From a virus (lineage: Duplodnaviria > Caudoviricetes), in IMG/VR virus record IMGVR_UViG_3300013006_000032, positions 1-63,873 of that record: a stretch of DNA of 63,873 nt; one strand, given 5' to 3'. The notes beneath the pieces were generated by a model. That model worked only from the letters and a program-made list of their open reading frames with translations, searched no databases and was not told where the DNA came from. Positions 20,075 through 29,798 of this stretch are shown in pieces. Made by a program: the position numbers and the translations under genes. The first letter of the stretch is position 1. Every line of letters begins with the position of its first letter.

Positions 20075-21981
20075 TAAAATCTCGTCAAATGAGACATGTC
20101 TTTTCTAAAATCAAGATTTGAGGAAGATTTCTCATTAAAGACTAAATTACTAGATGAATTATTAACAAGGACATTAGATTTTTGTTCTTTATCCTTAATT
20201 GCTGCTAGTAAATTCATATTTTCATTCATTAACTTCATTTCATTCTGTTGCATCATTGATGTGCTTTTAGCGTAAGATTCAAAGCTCTTTCTCAATTCTG
20301 TAACAACACCAGTTAATTGTTTAATAGAATTATTTGTCATTTCGTCTCTACGACCTATTATTTTATCAATCGGACCGCCTTTTTTTAGAGCTACTAATTC
20401 ATCGTTCTTATCAAACGAATAAGATTGCCCGTTAGAAAACAGAGTTCTATCTTTAGTATCATATAAATCACCTACCGGTTTTTTCTTTTGCTTGGACGCA
20501 TTTATTTTTGCTACAGCTCTATCGTAATCACTTGTATCCTCTTTAGGACTCATTCCAAATAAACTTTTAATTTTATTCCATAGGAAATTCCAGAGCTCTG
20601 CAATTGTATCAGATAGTGAATTGTCTTTAAAGAAATCAGTAATTGCTTTACCCCATTCTTTACTAAAGAATCCGACCGCCCAGCCAATTGCTTGACCGAG
20701 AGCATCGCCCAAAAGCTCAGGTAATAATGCCAAAGAACGTAAGACTGATTCCACAACATTACCGGATTTCCATGCTTTCATAATTTTGTCTGTATATTCC
20801 TTAACCACTTTAAAATTAACAAGACCAAAAGTAATGAATTTTAAGAACCCGCCTAAAACACCATCAAAAACTGCTTTAAGATTAGCACCTTGTTCCATAA
20901 CTGATTTAAAAGTCTCCGTTGCCACATCAATTAATGCAAAAATCCAGAAAAATGCCTTTTCTGCAAGTCTAAAAACTGGACTTTCAACTATAAACTTGAA
21001 TGCATTATTAAAAACTCCTAAAAAAGGCTCAAATAATTTAAAGATACCTTCTGCCCAGCCGAATAATGTATCTTTTACTGCACGTACCTTACTCAAAATC
21101 ATACCAATTATACCTTCTTCTTTAAAAACGTTACCTATACTTCTTATAAACCCACCAATTATACCTTCTTCTGCAAAAAGACCTTTAAATCCTGCCCATA
21201 ATTTACCAATTGTACCTTCTTCTGCAAAAAAACTCTTTATGTTACCGAATATTTTACCTAATACTCCCTCTTCTGAAAAAAGTGCTCGTATTCTTTTGAC
21301 CACACCGCCAATAACGCCTTCTTCAGCAAATAACCCCTCCATGCTCTTAATAATTTTACCTATGGCGCCCTCTTCAGTAAATAGAGCTTTGAACCGCCTG
21401 TATGTGCTACCGATTATACCTTCTTCTGCAAAAAGTCCTTTAATCCATTTCCATAACCTACCAAAAATACCATCTTCTTTAAATGCACCGGTTATTTTGA
21501 GAAACCAATCTCCTGCCCCCACCTTTAAGACTTCCCACCAACCCTTGAAGCTGGAAAAAATAGTTTTTAGAACTGTATAGAAATTTTTTATGTATCCATA
21601 TAAGAATTTTACAAGCCCTGAGATTAGACCAGCAATTACAGTACCAACAAACAGCCAGGGAAAGGGTTTTTTCTCTTCTTTTTTTGTTTCAACAGCAAAA
21701 GATGTGGTGCCTTTTAGAACTTTAGCAATTTCTTTTTTCCCATCCACTGTAATGCCATCAATTACTATGGGCACTGCTTGATACGTTTTTTGCTTTTGTT
21801 TTAATCTTCTAATTTTCTCTTGATCTTTATCTTGATTAGAGAAAGTATTTTTTACAGCATCAAACCAGGACGCTTTTTCATCACCATTATCTGTTTTTTT
21901 ATTTTTAGAGAGAAAAGCGACGACAATATCCAATTTGTTACTGATGTCAAGTATATTGCTTTCCAGAGCATTCTCGTTCAT
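20074..21981 (-). CDS. Tape-measure-like protein (gp29-like position)
   Basis: 635 aa, helical/amphipathic, periodic aromatic residues, hydrophobic segment; located between hub chaperones and tube cap. Confidence 0.65.
   Translation of the reverse strand: MNENALESNILDISNKLDIVVAFLSKNKKTDNGDEKASWFDAVKNTFSNQDKDQEKIRRLKQKQKTYQAVPIVIDGITVDGKKEIAKVLKGTTSFAVETKKEEKKPFPWLFVGTVIAGLISGLVKFLYGYIKNFYTVLKTIFSSFKGWWEVLKVGAGDWFLKITGAFKEDGIFGRLWKWIKGLFAEEGIIGSTYRRFKALFTEEGAIGKIIKSMEGLFAEEGVIGGVVKRIRALFSEEGVLGKIFGNIKSFFAEEGTIGKLWAGFKGLFAEEGIIGGFIRSIGNVFKEEGIIGMILSKVRAVKDTLFGWAEGIFKLFEPFLGVFNNAFKFIVESPVFRLAEKAFFWIFALIDVATETFKSVMEQGANLKAVFDGVLGGFLKFITFGLVNFKVVKEYTDKIMKAWKSGNVVESVLRSLALLPELLGDALGQAIGWAVGFFSKEWGKAITDFFKDNSLSDTIAELWNFLWNKIKSLFGMSPKEDTSDYDRAVAKINASKQKKKPVGDLYDTKDRTLFSNGQSYSFDKNDELVALKKGGPIDKIIGRRDEMTNNSIKQLTGVVTELRKSFESYAKSTSMMQQNEMKLMNENMNLLAAIKDKEQKSNVLVNNSSSNLVFNEKSSSNLDFRKDMSHLTRF
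21100..21485 (-). repeat. Eight 51-nt (17-aa) tandem repeats F-x-E-E-G-x-I-G
   Basis: FKEDGIFG, FAEEGIIG, FTEEGAIG, FAEEGVIG, FSEEGVLG, FAEEGTIG, FAEEGIIG, FKEEGIIG at 17-residue spacing. Confidence 0.85.
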
Positions 21982-21987
21982 TAATAA

Positions 21988-21995
21988 TATTTAAC
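21988..21995 (-). promoter_or_regulatory. late promoter GTTAAATA, 6 nt before ATG 21981
   Basis: Seen in sequence. Confidence 0.6.
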
Positions 21996-22007
21996 AATTT
22001 CTACTGT

Positions 22008-22757
22008 TTAAACAGTAAAAAGCGTAGGGTCAACACTGACATCAACTACATTATCATTATGCGTAAAGTATTTTCTCTCAAACAGTTTCACCCTATTAAT
22101 ATAGTCTAATAGCTTTGTATTAACTGTTAAAGGTAGTTTTTCTATTAGTTGCACTTTTTGAAGCACAGTTAATTCATCAAAATTTATATCGGTTACAGCA
22201 CCGTTATCGACAATGGTAAGCTTATCTATATACTTGACTAATTCATTAATATAAATCTCACCAACAACCTCTTTGGGTAGATCATCGTTATCAGGTAAAG
22301 GTAGTAATTTTTTCTTTGTTTCAATATTGACTATACTATCACGAATAAAAGTGGGTATAGAAAGCGTGAGTTTAATATTATCTTCACTAATTTCAGCTGT
22401 CTTTAACTCTACGGGGAGAGGAATATTATTAGTGAGTACAAATGTGAGATCTTGCTTATTTTCGTCTTTTCCGTAAATCGGTGATAGAGATAAAACGCGC
22501 AAGCATGCAGCTATATAGCTGCGATCAGTTAGTAAAAATTCTACTTTTTCTTGACAATTTTCTTTTAAAATCGAATTTAATAAAAGCGAGAAAGATAAAC
22601 CTGCAGATGTTTTTTCTAATGCGCTTTTTACAGCATCTTTCTGTTGCTTGGTGTTAAGTCCTTTAAATTTAACCTTACGATTCAGAGAGGGTACAAATAT
22701 TTCGTAACTTTTAGTAAGACTATCTAATGAATTAAGGGCGCTGGATAATTTCTCCAT
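22008..22757 (-). CDS. Baseplate hub assembly chaperone (gp26-like)
   Basis: YEIFVPSLNRKVKFKGLNTKQQK N-terminus resembles gp26. Confidence 0.65.
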   Translation of the reverse strand: MEKLSSALNSLDSLTKSYEIFVPSLNRKVKFKGLNTKQQKDAVKSALEKTSAGLSFSLLLNSILKENCQEKVEFLLTDRSYIAACLRVLSLSPIYGKDENKQDLTFVLTNNIPLPVELKTAEISEDNIKLTLSIPTFIRDSIVNIETKKKLLPLPDNDDLPKEVVGEIYINELVKYIDKLTIVDNGAVTDINFDELTVLQKVQLIEKLPLTVNTKLLDYINRVKLFERKYFTHNDNVVDVSVDPTLFTV

Positions 22758-22761
22758 AAAG

Positions 22762-23601
22762 CTATTTATTTACAGCTAACGGGTTTTCAAGCCCTTTGGT
22801 TTGCTCTTCTTTTAAGCTCTTTATCTCTGTCTCATATATATTAACTAAAACTAAATTTTCGGCCAACGTATTTTTGTCGATATATTCAGGACTGTAAAAT
22901 ATTTTACTTACTAAAACATATTGAAGCTCGATAATGCTTTTTAAATTAGCAGTAAAAAGCGCTTTTAAAATCTCCAAAAGCGAAAGGTTATAGGGAGATA
23001 ATGAAATTTTAGTATCTTGTTGTATGCCAATATCTAAAATTAAAGATCTAAATTCTTCAGTCATTTTATCGCTAAATTTCTTTAGGTGGGTCATTACTTC
23101 TGCGGGCAGCATTTCTAATAAATCGTTTCTGTTTGGTGGATATACAATTTCTTTCTTATTAAAAAAGACTTTTGAAATGGAATCATGAAGAACGTCAAAA
23201 ATCGTTTCAAAATTTAATACTTTTGGTAATGTCAATTGTATATCCAGATTATCTATAGTAATTGTTTCAGTAAAGTCTGTCTTAAAATCAATACACTTTT
23301 GTAAAAAGGGTAATATAGATGCTTTATTGTTGGTTATACCGCTTTTAAACTCAATATCAGGAGAAATGCATATACAACGCAATAAGAGAAGTGCGCAAAA
23401 TTTATCGAAACTTGTAAAACTATTAAAATCTTCACTATCAACAAGACATTCTTTAAGAATCCCATCAAAATAATCTGCAATATGCTGATTGTTGTTGTTA
23501 ATTAAAAATTTATTAATGGTCTTGTAATGTGCGAAAGATAATTCTCTTATCTTGACATTTCTTTTTTGTGTAGGTATGTAAAAATTTATGTAAAATGACA
23601 T
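22762..23601 (-). CDS. Baseplate hub assembly protein (gp26 paralog with gp51-like C-terminus)
   Basis: FYIPTQKRNVKIRELS...FDKFCALLLLRC; C-terminal YSPEYIDKNTLAE resembles gp51-type chaperones. Confidence 0.5.
   Translation of the reverse strand: MSFYINFYIPTQKRNVKIRELSFAHYKTINKFLINNNNQHIADYFDGILKECLVDSEDFNSFTSFDKFCALLLLRCICISPDIEFKSGITNNKASILPFLQKCIDFKTDFTETITIDNLDIQLTLPKVLNFETIFDVLHDSISKVFFNKKEIVYPPNRNDLLEMLPAEVMTHLKKFSDKMTEEFRSLILDIGIQQDTKISLSPYNLSLLEILKALFTANLKSIIELQYVLVSKIFYSPEYIDKNTLAENLVLVNIYETEIKSLKEEQTKGLENPLAVNK
22763..22770 (-). promoter_or_regulatory. late promoter AATAAATA, 5 nt before ATG 22757
   Basis: Seen in sequence; overlaps the 3' end of the upstream gene. Confidence 0.65.
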
Positions 23602-24509
23602 TATAAAAAGCCTAAGGGATTAATACTACCAATTCCGTTCTGGAAGCTTGTAACCCTTGGAATAGATCCATTGCTTATTCTATTCACAATATCAGCAATA
23701 GGCAAGTAAAGATTGTTTTCAACAGTATAATTGGAGTATGTCCAGCGAGTTTGATATGTTATAAGTCTCTCATCAGTATAATCTAAGGACTGTTCGCTGA
23801 CTTGATAGGGCATACAATTAAAAAAGCTGAATACTTTTCTAGGTATCATGGAGATACCGTTAAAAGTACGGGTATATTGTAACAGAGTCATATTTACTTT
23901 CATATTACGAAAATCTTTTTTACCATTAACGTCGCCAGGACGTGCAGTCATTCCAAAATGTGACCCCAGAATGACCCAAGGGCGGATAACGAAGTCGATA
24001 AAGGATGTATTTGTTTCTTTAAAATCAATTACAAGGGAAGGTGGTTCTGTATTTCTCCCACCCCCGAGTATACCGGGTAAAAATCCGCGATTATTATCAA
24101 CGGAAGCGCTTTTAATATCAAATTGTTCTGTTGGAATTGTAATTTCATGAGCGAACAAGCATCCCACAATTTTTTGAAGCGGAAAACTCTTTAATATATT
24201 AACTGCTGTATCTACATTAAACCCTTTTTTACTTCCATCTACTCGTTCTAAGCCTTGTAATATGCTTGTTCTAATTGCCGGTGGGTATCTATCAATAACT
24301 ATAACCCACTGCGTAGAATTAGGAATCGCTGTAAACCAAGACTCCATTTGTACAAGAAAATAGTCGCGAGGACTAATTAAAGGTACACCGGGAATATTAA
24401 ATCCAAATAAGCTGGATACTTGTGGAGCAAACGCGGGGTTGGTACCATCTACCAATCCAGTAAAATTATTACCTAAGGAATTAAGAGCATCAGTGAACGG
24501 ATTATTCAC
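23601..24509 (-). CDS. Tail-tube-like / baseplate-tube initiator (gp54-like)
   Basis: Tube-fold pattern LVIDFKET...FSFFNCMPYQVS...WTYSNY; adjacent to the tube gene. Confidence 0.55.
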   Translation of the reverse strand: MNNPFTDALNSLGNNFTGLVDGTNPAFAPQVSSLFGFNIPGVPLISPRDYFLVQMESWFTAIPNSTQWVIVIDRYPPAIRTSILQGLERVDGSKKGFNVDTAVNILKSFPLQKIVGCLFAHEITIPTEQFDIKSASVDNNRGFLPGILGGGRNTEPPSLVIDFKETNTSFIDFVIRPWVILGSHFGMTARPGDVNGKKDFRNMKVNMTLLQYTRTFNGISMIPRKVFSFFNCMPYQVSEQSLDYTDERLITYQTRWTYSNYTVENNLYLPIADIVNRISNGSIPRVTSFQNGIGSINPLGFL

Positions 24510-24514
24510 TTAAT

Positions 24515-24522
24515 TATTTAAT
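24515..24522 (-). promoter_or_regulatory. late promoter ATTAAATA, 5 nt before GTG 24509
   Basis: Seen in sequence. Confidence 0.65.
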
Positions 24523-24534
24523 GGAGCGTCTAAA

Positions 24535-25083
24535 TTATCCGATGTTACGCCAGTAATGATATGATACAGTAGCAGTAAATTCGATTGTTTCGCCGGTACC
24601 GGTAGCAATATTGTATTGAATAGGGCCAACGTTTCTTACAGAAACGCCTACTAATTGATACTGTGCAATTTTATTAAGTTGATTGTCGAGCTGTACGAGG
24701 TCAATGATAGCTGTTTGTTTTGGTGCAAAGTAATTTCCGGTTGATGTACCGTCGTTAAAGATATCCTGTGACCACTGTTCAAATTTTTGACGGATTTGTG
24801 AATTTGCATCTGCATAGAATGTTAAATCATAAGCATCGCTACCAGGATACTGTGATACACCGGGAAGATTGAAGTTTAAACCCATATAAGGTACTTCTAC
24901 ATTTTTAATAGAACGGGCAGGTAGAGTAGCAGTCTTTACGTAAACGAGGTCATCTTGATCAAATGTAACGGTACTTGCGCCGCCAGTATTAATTGATAAT
25001 ACTCTGAAGTTAAAATCACGCGCAAACTCACGATTTGATGCTACTCTGTAGAAGTCGGTAATAAGTTGATTTACGTCTGCCAT
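24535..25083 (-). CDS. gp19: Tail tube protein
   Basis: VKTATLPA...VPYMG...IRQKFEQW...LVQLD...IEFTATVSYHYW; directly after the sheath gene. Confidence 0.88.
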   Translation of the reverse strand: MADVNQLITDFYRVASNREFARDFNFRVLSINTGGASTVTFDQDDLVYVKTATLPARSIKNVEVPYMGLNFNLPGVSQYPGSDAYDLTFYADANSQIRQKFEQWSQDIFNDGTSTGNYFAPKQTAIIDLVQLDNQLNKIAQYQLVGVSVRNVGPIQYNIATGTGETIEFTATVSYHYWRNIG

Positions 25084-25088
25084 AAAAT

Positions 25089-25096
25089 TATTTATC
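25089..25096 (-). promoter_or_regulatory. late promoter GATAAATA, 5 nt before ATG 25083
   Basis: Seen in sequence. Confidence 0.7.
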
Positions 25097-25098
25097 CG

Positions 25099-27414
25099 TT
25101 AGGTTACAATCTCCTGGAAAGTTGTACCTGTTCTTGTGCAGTAAAAATTACAGAGGATATACTCTGCGGCTCTTACTGGCTTGACATAGATATCAACGAC
25201 TATTGTATTATCATCGATGACAGCTGGTGTATTATTTCTTTCATCACAAATTAAGAGATAATCGTATATACCTTGTGTATTTTTAGCATTATCAAATATT
25301 GGTGTTAAGCTATTAATAATCTGTGTACGGGTAAACAATGTATTCGGTTCGAATAAGAAATACTTAACTGTATCTCTTGTTGATGTTTCTAAACTTAGGA
25401 ATAACCTGCGTACATTAATACGATCAAATGCGCTTGGTATTTTTTGTAGTGTTTTTTGACCGAAGATCACATAACCTTCAGAAGGGAAAAACGCAACAGG
25501 GTTAAGACTGATTTTGTATATATTGTCACGATTTTTCTGCTTAGGATAAACTCCGAGATCTGAGACTCCTGTTAGCACGCCACGGGTAAATCCTGCAGGA
25601 GCGAACCATGGTTGGAAGTTATTATCGGTATTAGCCATTGCAGCTGCAGCAAACCCAGAAAAAGGAACCCAAATTTGCTGGTTTGTTCCTATATCAGCTA
25701 CTTTAACAATATTTGCAAAAGCACAGGCATAGCTAGTATTAATAGCAGCAAATTGATTTCTTAATGGCCAGTAAATATTGGTTGAAAACGATGTATTTGG
25801 TTGATCTAAAGTCTTGACATTAGCGCCTTGTACAAATATATTTGTTAATGCATCGGCAATAAACATATGGTCTTTTCGTGACTCTGCTAAACCTAGAAAA
25901 GCATTTGCTACAGCCGTATATCTAACTGCAGGAGCGGGAGCTGTAGGTGGATTTTGAATAGTCAGTGCATCAACAAGTGATTTATAGGGGACAGTATCGT
26001 CGAAATAACCATAAGTTGATGGGTTAAATGAATTGGCGTAAATTGTTCCCAAGCCAGCCTCAGTGGTAATTGTTAGAGGAAATAGATCAACATTACTCAT
26101 CTTTTCCGCAGCTAGAGTTACTTTAGCAGGTACATTACCGATGACTTTTGTTGAGAGATCTTGGTTACTATAATCTCCTAATGCAAAAAGAGAGTTTGTC
26201 TGGCCGTAAATACCAGCTGCTCCGATAACAATTGCTGAAGGCGCTCCAACACGAGTTAGATATTCGTTATATGTTTCACCATCTAGAGGTGTAACGAGCT
26301 GCTGACTTAAAAAGCGAACTTTTTTAGTAGGTGCTCCAGACATATTTAACCATGTTGTACTATTTTTATTAGAAATATAAGGGTTAATAATTGTTGTAAT
26401 ATTGGTTGAAGCTTGATCAGCTATTTCTACGAAAAAGCTAATAGCAGGACCACCATTTTCGCTATTAATTTGTCTATTAGCATCTAACGAGCCAGTATAA
26501 CCTTCTTGTAAGATATAGTCTAAAGCGATAGTATCGGGAGAGAAGACAGACTGTCTTAATTTAAATACACCCATTATAATTGTATCATCGTATCTATCGG
26601 ATGATATATCAAAAGATGCAATGTTTTCAAGAACTTCGGAAACGCTACCTTGTAGAGCTCCTGAATCGGCAGAAAGAGTAAAGTTTAACCTCACATCAGG
26701 TACTTCAACATAAGCACCTTCAGTAAAGAACTCGCTGTTTGATATGGATGCGGCTTCAGAATTAATTGAAAGTACAGAATTAATATCGTTAAACGGTGTT
26801 GCAGGGTTTAAATTAGTATTATCAATTATACCAAGGTATGTTCCTTCAAATTTGGAGTTAATTGTTGATTGTGCTTTATTGAGAACTATCATACCAGCTG
26901 CGCTTAATGTGCCAAGATCTGTAAAATATACAACTCCTTGTGTATCAGTAGCCCACGTAAAGGCATCGCCCCTGAGTAATGAAAGATATTCACCTTGTGT
27001 AAGTTTAAGATGTGTTGGTGATCCGAATAAATATACACTATCGGAGGGCGTTAAGCTCGTACCGAGAACGTCTTGCGAAGGGCTATATGTTCCAACTGGA
27101 TAAACTAATGCGCTATATTCATCACTTGTATCTAGCCCTGTACCTTCACCATAAGGAAGACGGTATACAAGAACACTTGCAGGTGACTGTAAGACAGCCT
27201 TAACAGTGTGATAAAAGTAGCGTTCTGCAGAATTTGTAGGTGTACCGAAGATTGATTCAAATTCTGAAATTGATGTTACACTAATTGGCTCTGAGCTGGG
27301 TCCATTTGCTGCAAAACCAGGGATAAATACTGTTGTTGCTGGTGAGCCAACATTTCTTATCGATAGATCAAATTCATTAATTTCAACACCAGGGCTTTGG
27401 ATTGTGCGTGCCAT
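25099..27414 (-). CDS. gp18: Contractile tail sheath protein
   Basis: SPGVEINEFDLS, PWFAPAGFTRG, FGQKTL, FDRINVRRLF, FEPN, CDERNNTP and IYVKPVRAAEYI motifs. Confidence 0.96.
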   Translation of the reverse strand: MARTIQSPGVEINEFDLSIRNVGSPATTVFIPGFAANGPSSEPISVTSISEFESIFGTPTNSAERYFYHTVKAVLQSPASVLVYRLPYGEGTGLDTSDEYSALVYPVGTYSPSQDVLGTSLTPSDSVYLFGSPTHLKLTQGEYLSLLRGDAFTWATDTQGVVYFTDLGTLSAAGMIVLNKAQSTINSKFEGTYLGIIDNTNLNPATPFNDINSVLSINSEAASISNSEFFTEGAYVEVPDVRLNFTLSADSGALQGSVSEVLENIASFDISSDRYDDTIIMGVFKLRQSVFSPDTIALDYILQEGYTGSLDANRQINSENGGPAISFFVEIADQASTNITTIINPYISNKNSTTWLNMSGAPTKKVRFLSQQLVTPLDGETYNEYLTRVGAPSAIVIGAAGIYGQTNSLFALGDYSNQDLSTKVIGNVPAKVTLAAEKMSNVDLFPLTITTEAGLGTIYANSFNPSTYGYFDDTVPYKSLVDALTIQNPPTAPAPAVRYTAVANAFLGLAESRKDHMFIADALTNIFVQGANVKTLDQPNTSFSTNIYWPLRNQFAAINTSYACAFANIVKVADIGTNQQIWVPFSGFAAAAMANTDNNFQPWFAPAGFTRGVLTGVSDLGVYPKQKNRDNIYKISLNPVAFFPSEGYVIFGQKTLQKIPSAFDRINVRRLFLSLETSTRDTVKYFLFEPNTLFTRTQIINSLTPIFDNAKNTQGIYDYLLICDERNNTPAVIDDNTIVVDIYVKPVRAAEYILCNFYCTRTGTTFQEIVT

Positions 27415-27420
27415 ATAAAG

Positions 27421-27428
27421 TATTTATG
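27421..27428 (-). promoter_or_regulatory. late promoter CATAAATA, 6 nt before ATG 27414
   Basis: Seen in sequence. Confidence 0.7.
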
Positions 27429-27455
27429 TTTTTTGAGATAAAACTTTTAATTTTT

Positions 27456-28055
27456 TTACAAACTATCTACAGTTTCCACTAAAGAGACTAATAATTTAGA
27501 ATAATTAAATGTAAAAGAGGTCTCAATTTCACCGCCATCGCGGTTATTAAAATCAATACCACCTAAAGAAGTAGGAAAGGCATTATTGTATACAAACTCA
27601 ACAACTCTTTTATCATATTCATCTAATGCAAAAATAGATATGTCCGCTGCATATTTTAAATTATTTGTTTTTGCAGTGGCTAATATATTCTCGTTATCTA
27701 CTAAGCCTGTTTTACTATCGTTTAAAATATTAAGCCATTTATATATGGCCCAATAATTATTAAACCTGTTATCTATTGTAAAATTAACAGTACATGCTGC
27801 ATATGGGGGTCTCACATGACTTGAAGCTACATATGTTTGTCCTGCATAAGGAATATTTGTAGCTGGTATATCAATATCCGGAACTATTGCACCGTAAACA
27901 GAGAATTGTATTGAATCGGGGAGTATTGATACGTTGTTTCTTTCGATTTTTTTAGAGATAGATTTTAAACTGTCAGGAAAATTTAAAACAAGTAAAAATT
28001 TATCTTTACGAGATTTATTGAAAGGGCTTTGAGCATACGGGACTGTATTAGTCAT
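27456..28055 (-). CDS. Tail completion / tube terminator (gp3-like)
   Basis: VNFTIDNRFNNYWAIYKWL...AFPTSLGGIDF...FTFNYS. Confidence 0.7.
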   Translation of the reverse strand: MTNTVPYAQSPFNKSRKDKFLLVLNFPDSLKSISKKIERNNVSILPDSIQFSVYGAIVPDIDIPATNIPYAGQTYVASSHVRPPYAACTVNFTIDNRFNNYWAIYKWLNILNDSKTGLVDNENILATAKTNNLKYAADISIFALDEYDKRVVEFVYNNAFPTSLGGIDFNNRDGGEIETSFTFNYSKLLVSLVETVDSL

Positions 28056-28061
28056 ATAATA

Positions 28062-28069
28062 TATTTATC
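28062..28069 (-). promoter_or_regulatory. late promoter GATAAATA, 6 nt before ATG 28055
   Basis: Seen in sequence. Confidence 0.65.
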
Positions 28070-29787
28070 TATAATCTTTTCCACCCCTGTGATTCTAAAT
28101 CACTGATTTCATTAAAATCTTGAGAATTATCACCCTGAATAACAATTGGTAGAGATGGAAAGTTTGGCGAATTACCGTTTTTTTCGTTATTGTAAATAGA
28201 AGCGGGATTTACAAAATATCTGATACCGTAGTCTAATGCTTTGACTTTAAGTGGTTTTCTATTGCTATCATATTCTGCTATTTCAAAATATTTTTCAACT
28301 AAATCGTTTTCTAAAATCATTAACCCCCACATCAGGCTCATCACTCTATCATCCCAGTTATCAGCTCCAGGTTTTGCAGCCCAAGTACCGTTAGGGTAGC
28401 GTACGAAATTTTTTAATTCGTTTAACGTTTTAAAATCTCTTATGCGTAAAACTTTTAACTCGCTCATCCAATAGCGCATATTCATTACTCCTTTATATTT
28501 TGTGTTGGTATGTGCTTGTACTCCTATTTTATTAAAGTTTACAGGCCCAGCTTTTATTCCATATGAAACTATATTCTCGTAGTTCAAGGTATTTTTTAAT
28601 TGATCTACAACTTGTGCACCGCAATTATTTCTTTCTATCATTGCCAGGGGTGATCCCCAGTGTTTTAATATTTCATAAAGCTTGGTTGTAAAGTTATATG
28701 GACTTATAGTGCGATCATGATAACACGCAACTTGCTTTATTTCTCTCAAGTCAGTAATATCAAGTACCTGGATAACACTTGCAGCTTCTCCTACTCCCTC
28801 GCTTACGTCAACCCCTGCAACGTAAATTTTATCTTGTGAGGGCTCGTCCCACATTAAATATTTTCCTTCATCAAACACAAAACTCGGTTCACTACATTCT
28901 GCTTTCATAGCTTCGAAGAGGTGCTCATCGAGTGCGCTTTCTCCGGTCTGTAAAAATACATTTCCGAACTCTTGATCAAAAACTTCTCTACTACCCAAAG
29001 TACGAATAGTCTTTTCTTTCCAAGCTTCATCGCGACCAGGAAATTCCCACCAATCAACCTTTTCTGCTTTCCAATCATTCTTATCTTCAATAGCACCAGT
29101 GTAGAGATCGTGGAAGAGATTACCTGTACCGTTTGGCGTTGACGCTACAAATATCTTAGACTTTTTAGAAGATGAAATAATTGGATATACAGAGCTCCAG
29201 AACTGCTCTACAAGGTGATTGTCAATAAATGCTAGCTCGTCTAAGATAAGAACATTACAGCTATCACCTCTACCTGCATCGCTACTAGTTGTCGAAATAC
29301 CTATACTAGATCCGTTACCCAGGGACATTGATGTTTTACCATATTCTACGGTTCCTGGTTTAAGATAGTTTGGTAGTTTTTCGTAAGCTAAGCGAACTCT
29401 CTTAAAAATATTAATAGCGGTTTGTTCTTTATTAGCGACAATAAGAATACGTTGGTCCTCAAAAAAACAAGCAATCCATAGCGCATATATTGTCATGAGA
29501 GTTGTCTTTCCCACCTGTCTCGATGCTAATAGGCATACAAATCTGCTATCTCTTAGACTTCTCAATATACGCTTTTGATAACTGTGAAGCTTAATCTTCA
29601 TCTTACCTTCATCAAGATTTGTAATAAAGAAAAAGTTTTCTGCAAAATAGAGTATATTTTTTCTTGACTTTGCAATATCGTCTACCCATTCGGGGTGTGA
29701 AGCATAGTCAAAAGCTGTATCTGCTGTAGGTAGGTTTTGATTACCTAAATAAAATTTAGTTTCTGGTTTTTTAGGCATATATGACAT
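28069..29787 (-). CDS. gp17: Terminase large subunit
   Basis: Walker A SRQVGKTT, Walker B LILDELAF, STPNG, FDQEF, nuclease GVDVSEG, IERNN and DDRVMS. Confidence 0.97.
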   Translation of the reverse strand: MSYMPKKPETKFYLGNQNLPTADTAFDYASHPEWVDDIAKSRKNILYFAENFFFITNLDEGKMKIKLHSYQKRILRSLRDSRFVCLLASRQVGKTTLMTIYALWIACFFEDQRILIVANKEQTAINIFKRVRLAYEKLPNYLKPGTVEYGKTSMSLGNGSSIGISTTSSDAGRGDSCNVLILDELAFIDNHLVEQFWSSVYPIISSSKKSKIFVASTPNGTGNLFHDLYTGAIEDKNDWKAEKVDWWEFPGRDEAWKEKTIRTLGSREVFDQEFGNVFLQTGESALDEHLFEAMKAECSEPSFVFDEGKYLMWDEPSQDKIYVAGVDVSEGVGEAASVIQVLDITDLREIKQVACYHDRTISPYNFTTKLYEILKHWGSPLAMIERNNCGAQVVDQLKNTLNYENIVSYGIKAGPVNFNKIGVQAHTNTKYKGVMNMRYWMSELKVLRIRDFKTLNELKNFVRYPNGTWAAKPGADNWDDRVMSLMWGLMILENDLVEKYFEIAEYDSNRKPLKVKALDYGIRYFVNPASIYNNEKNGNSPNFPSLPIVIQGDNSQDFNEISDLESQGWKRL

Positions 29788-29798
29788 AAATACTTAAT
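29785..29798. promoter_or_regulatory. Overlapping divergent late boxes: CATAAATA (+, 29785-29792) and ATTAAGTA (-, 29791-29798)
   Basis: 11-bp intergenic gap between terL and the 29799 gene. Confidence 0.55.

Noticed and set aside
20786-21580. 264-aa plus-strand ORF with PSSAK repeats
   Set aside because: Antisense shadow of the 17-aa repeats in the tape-measure-like gene.
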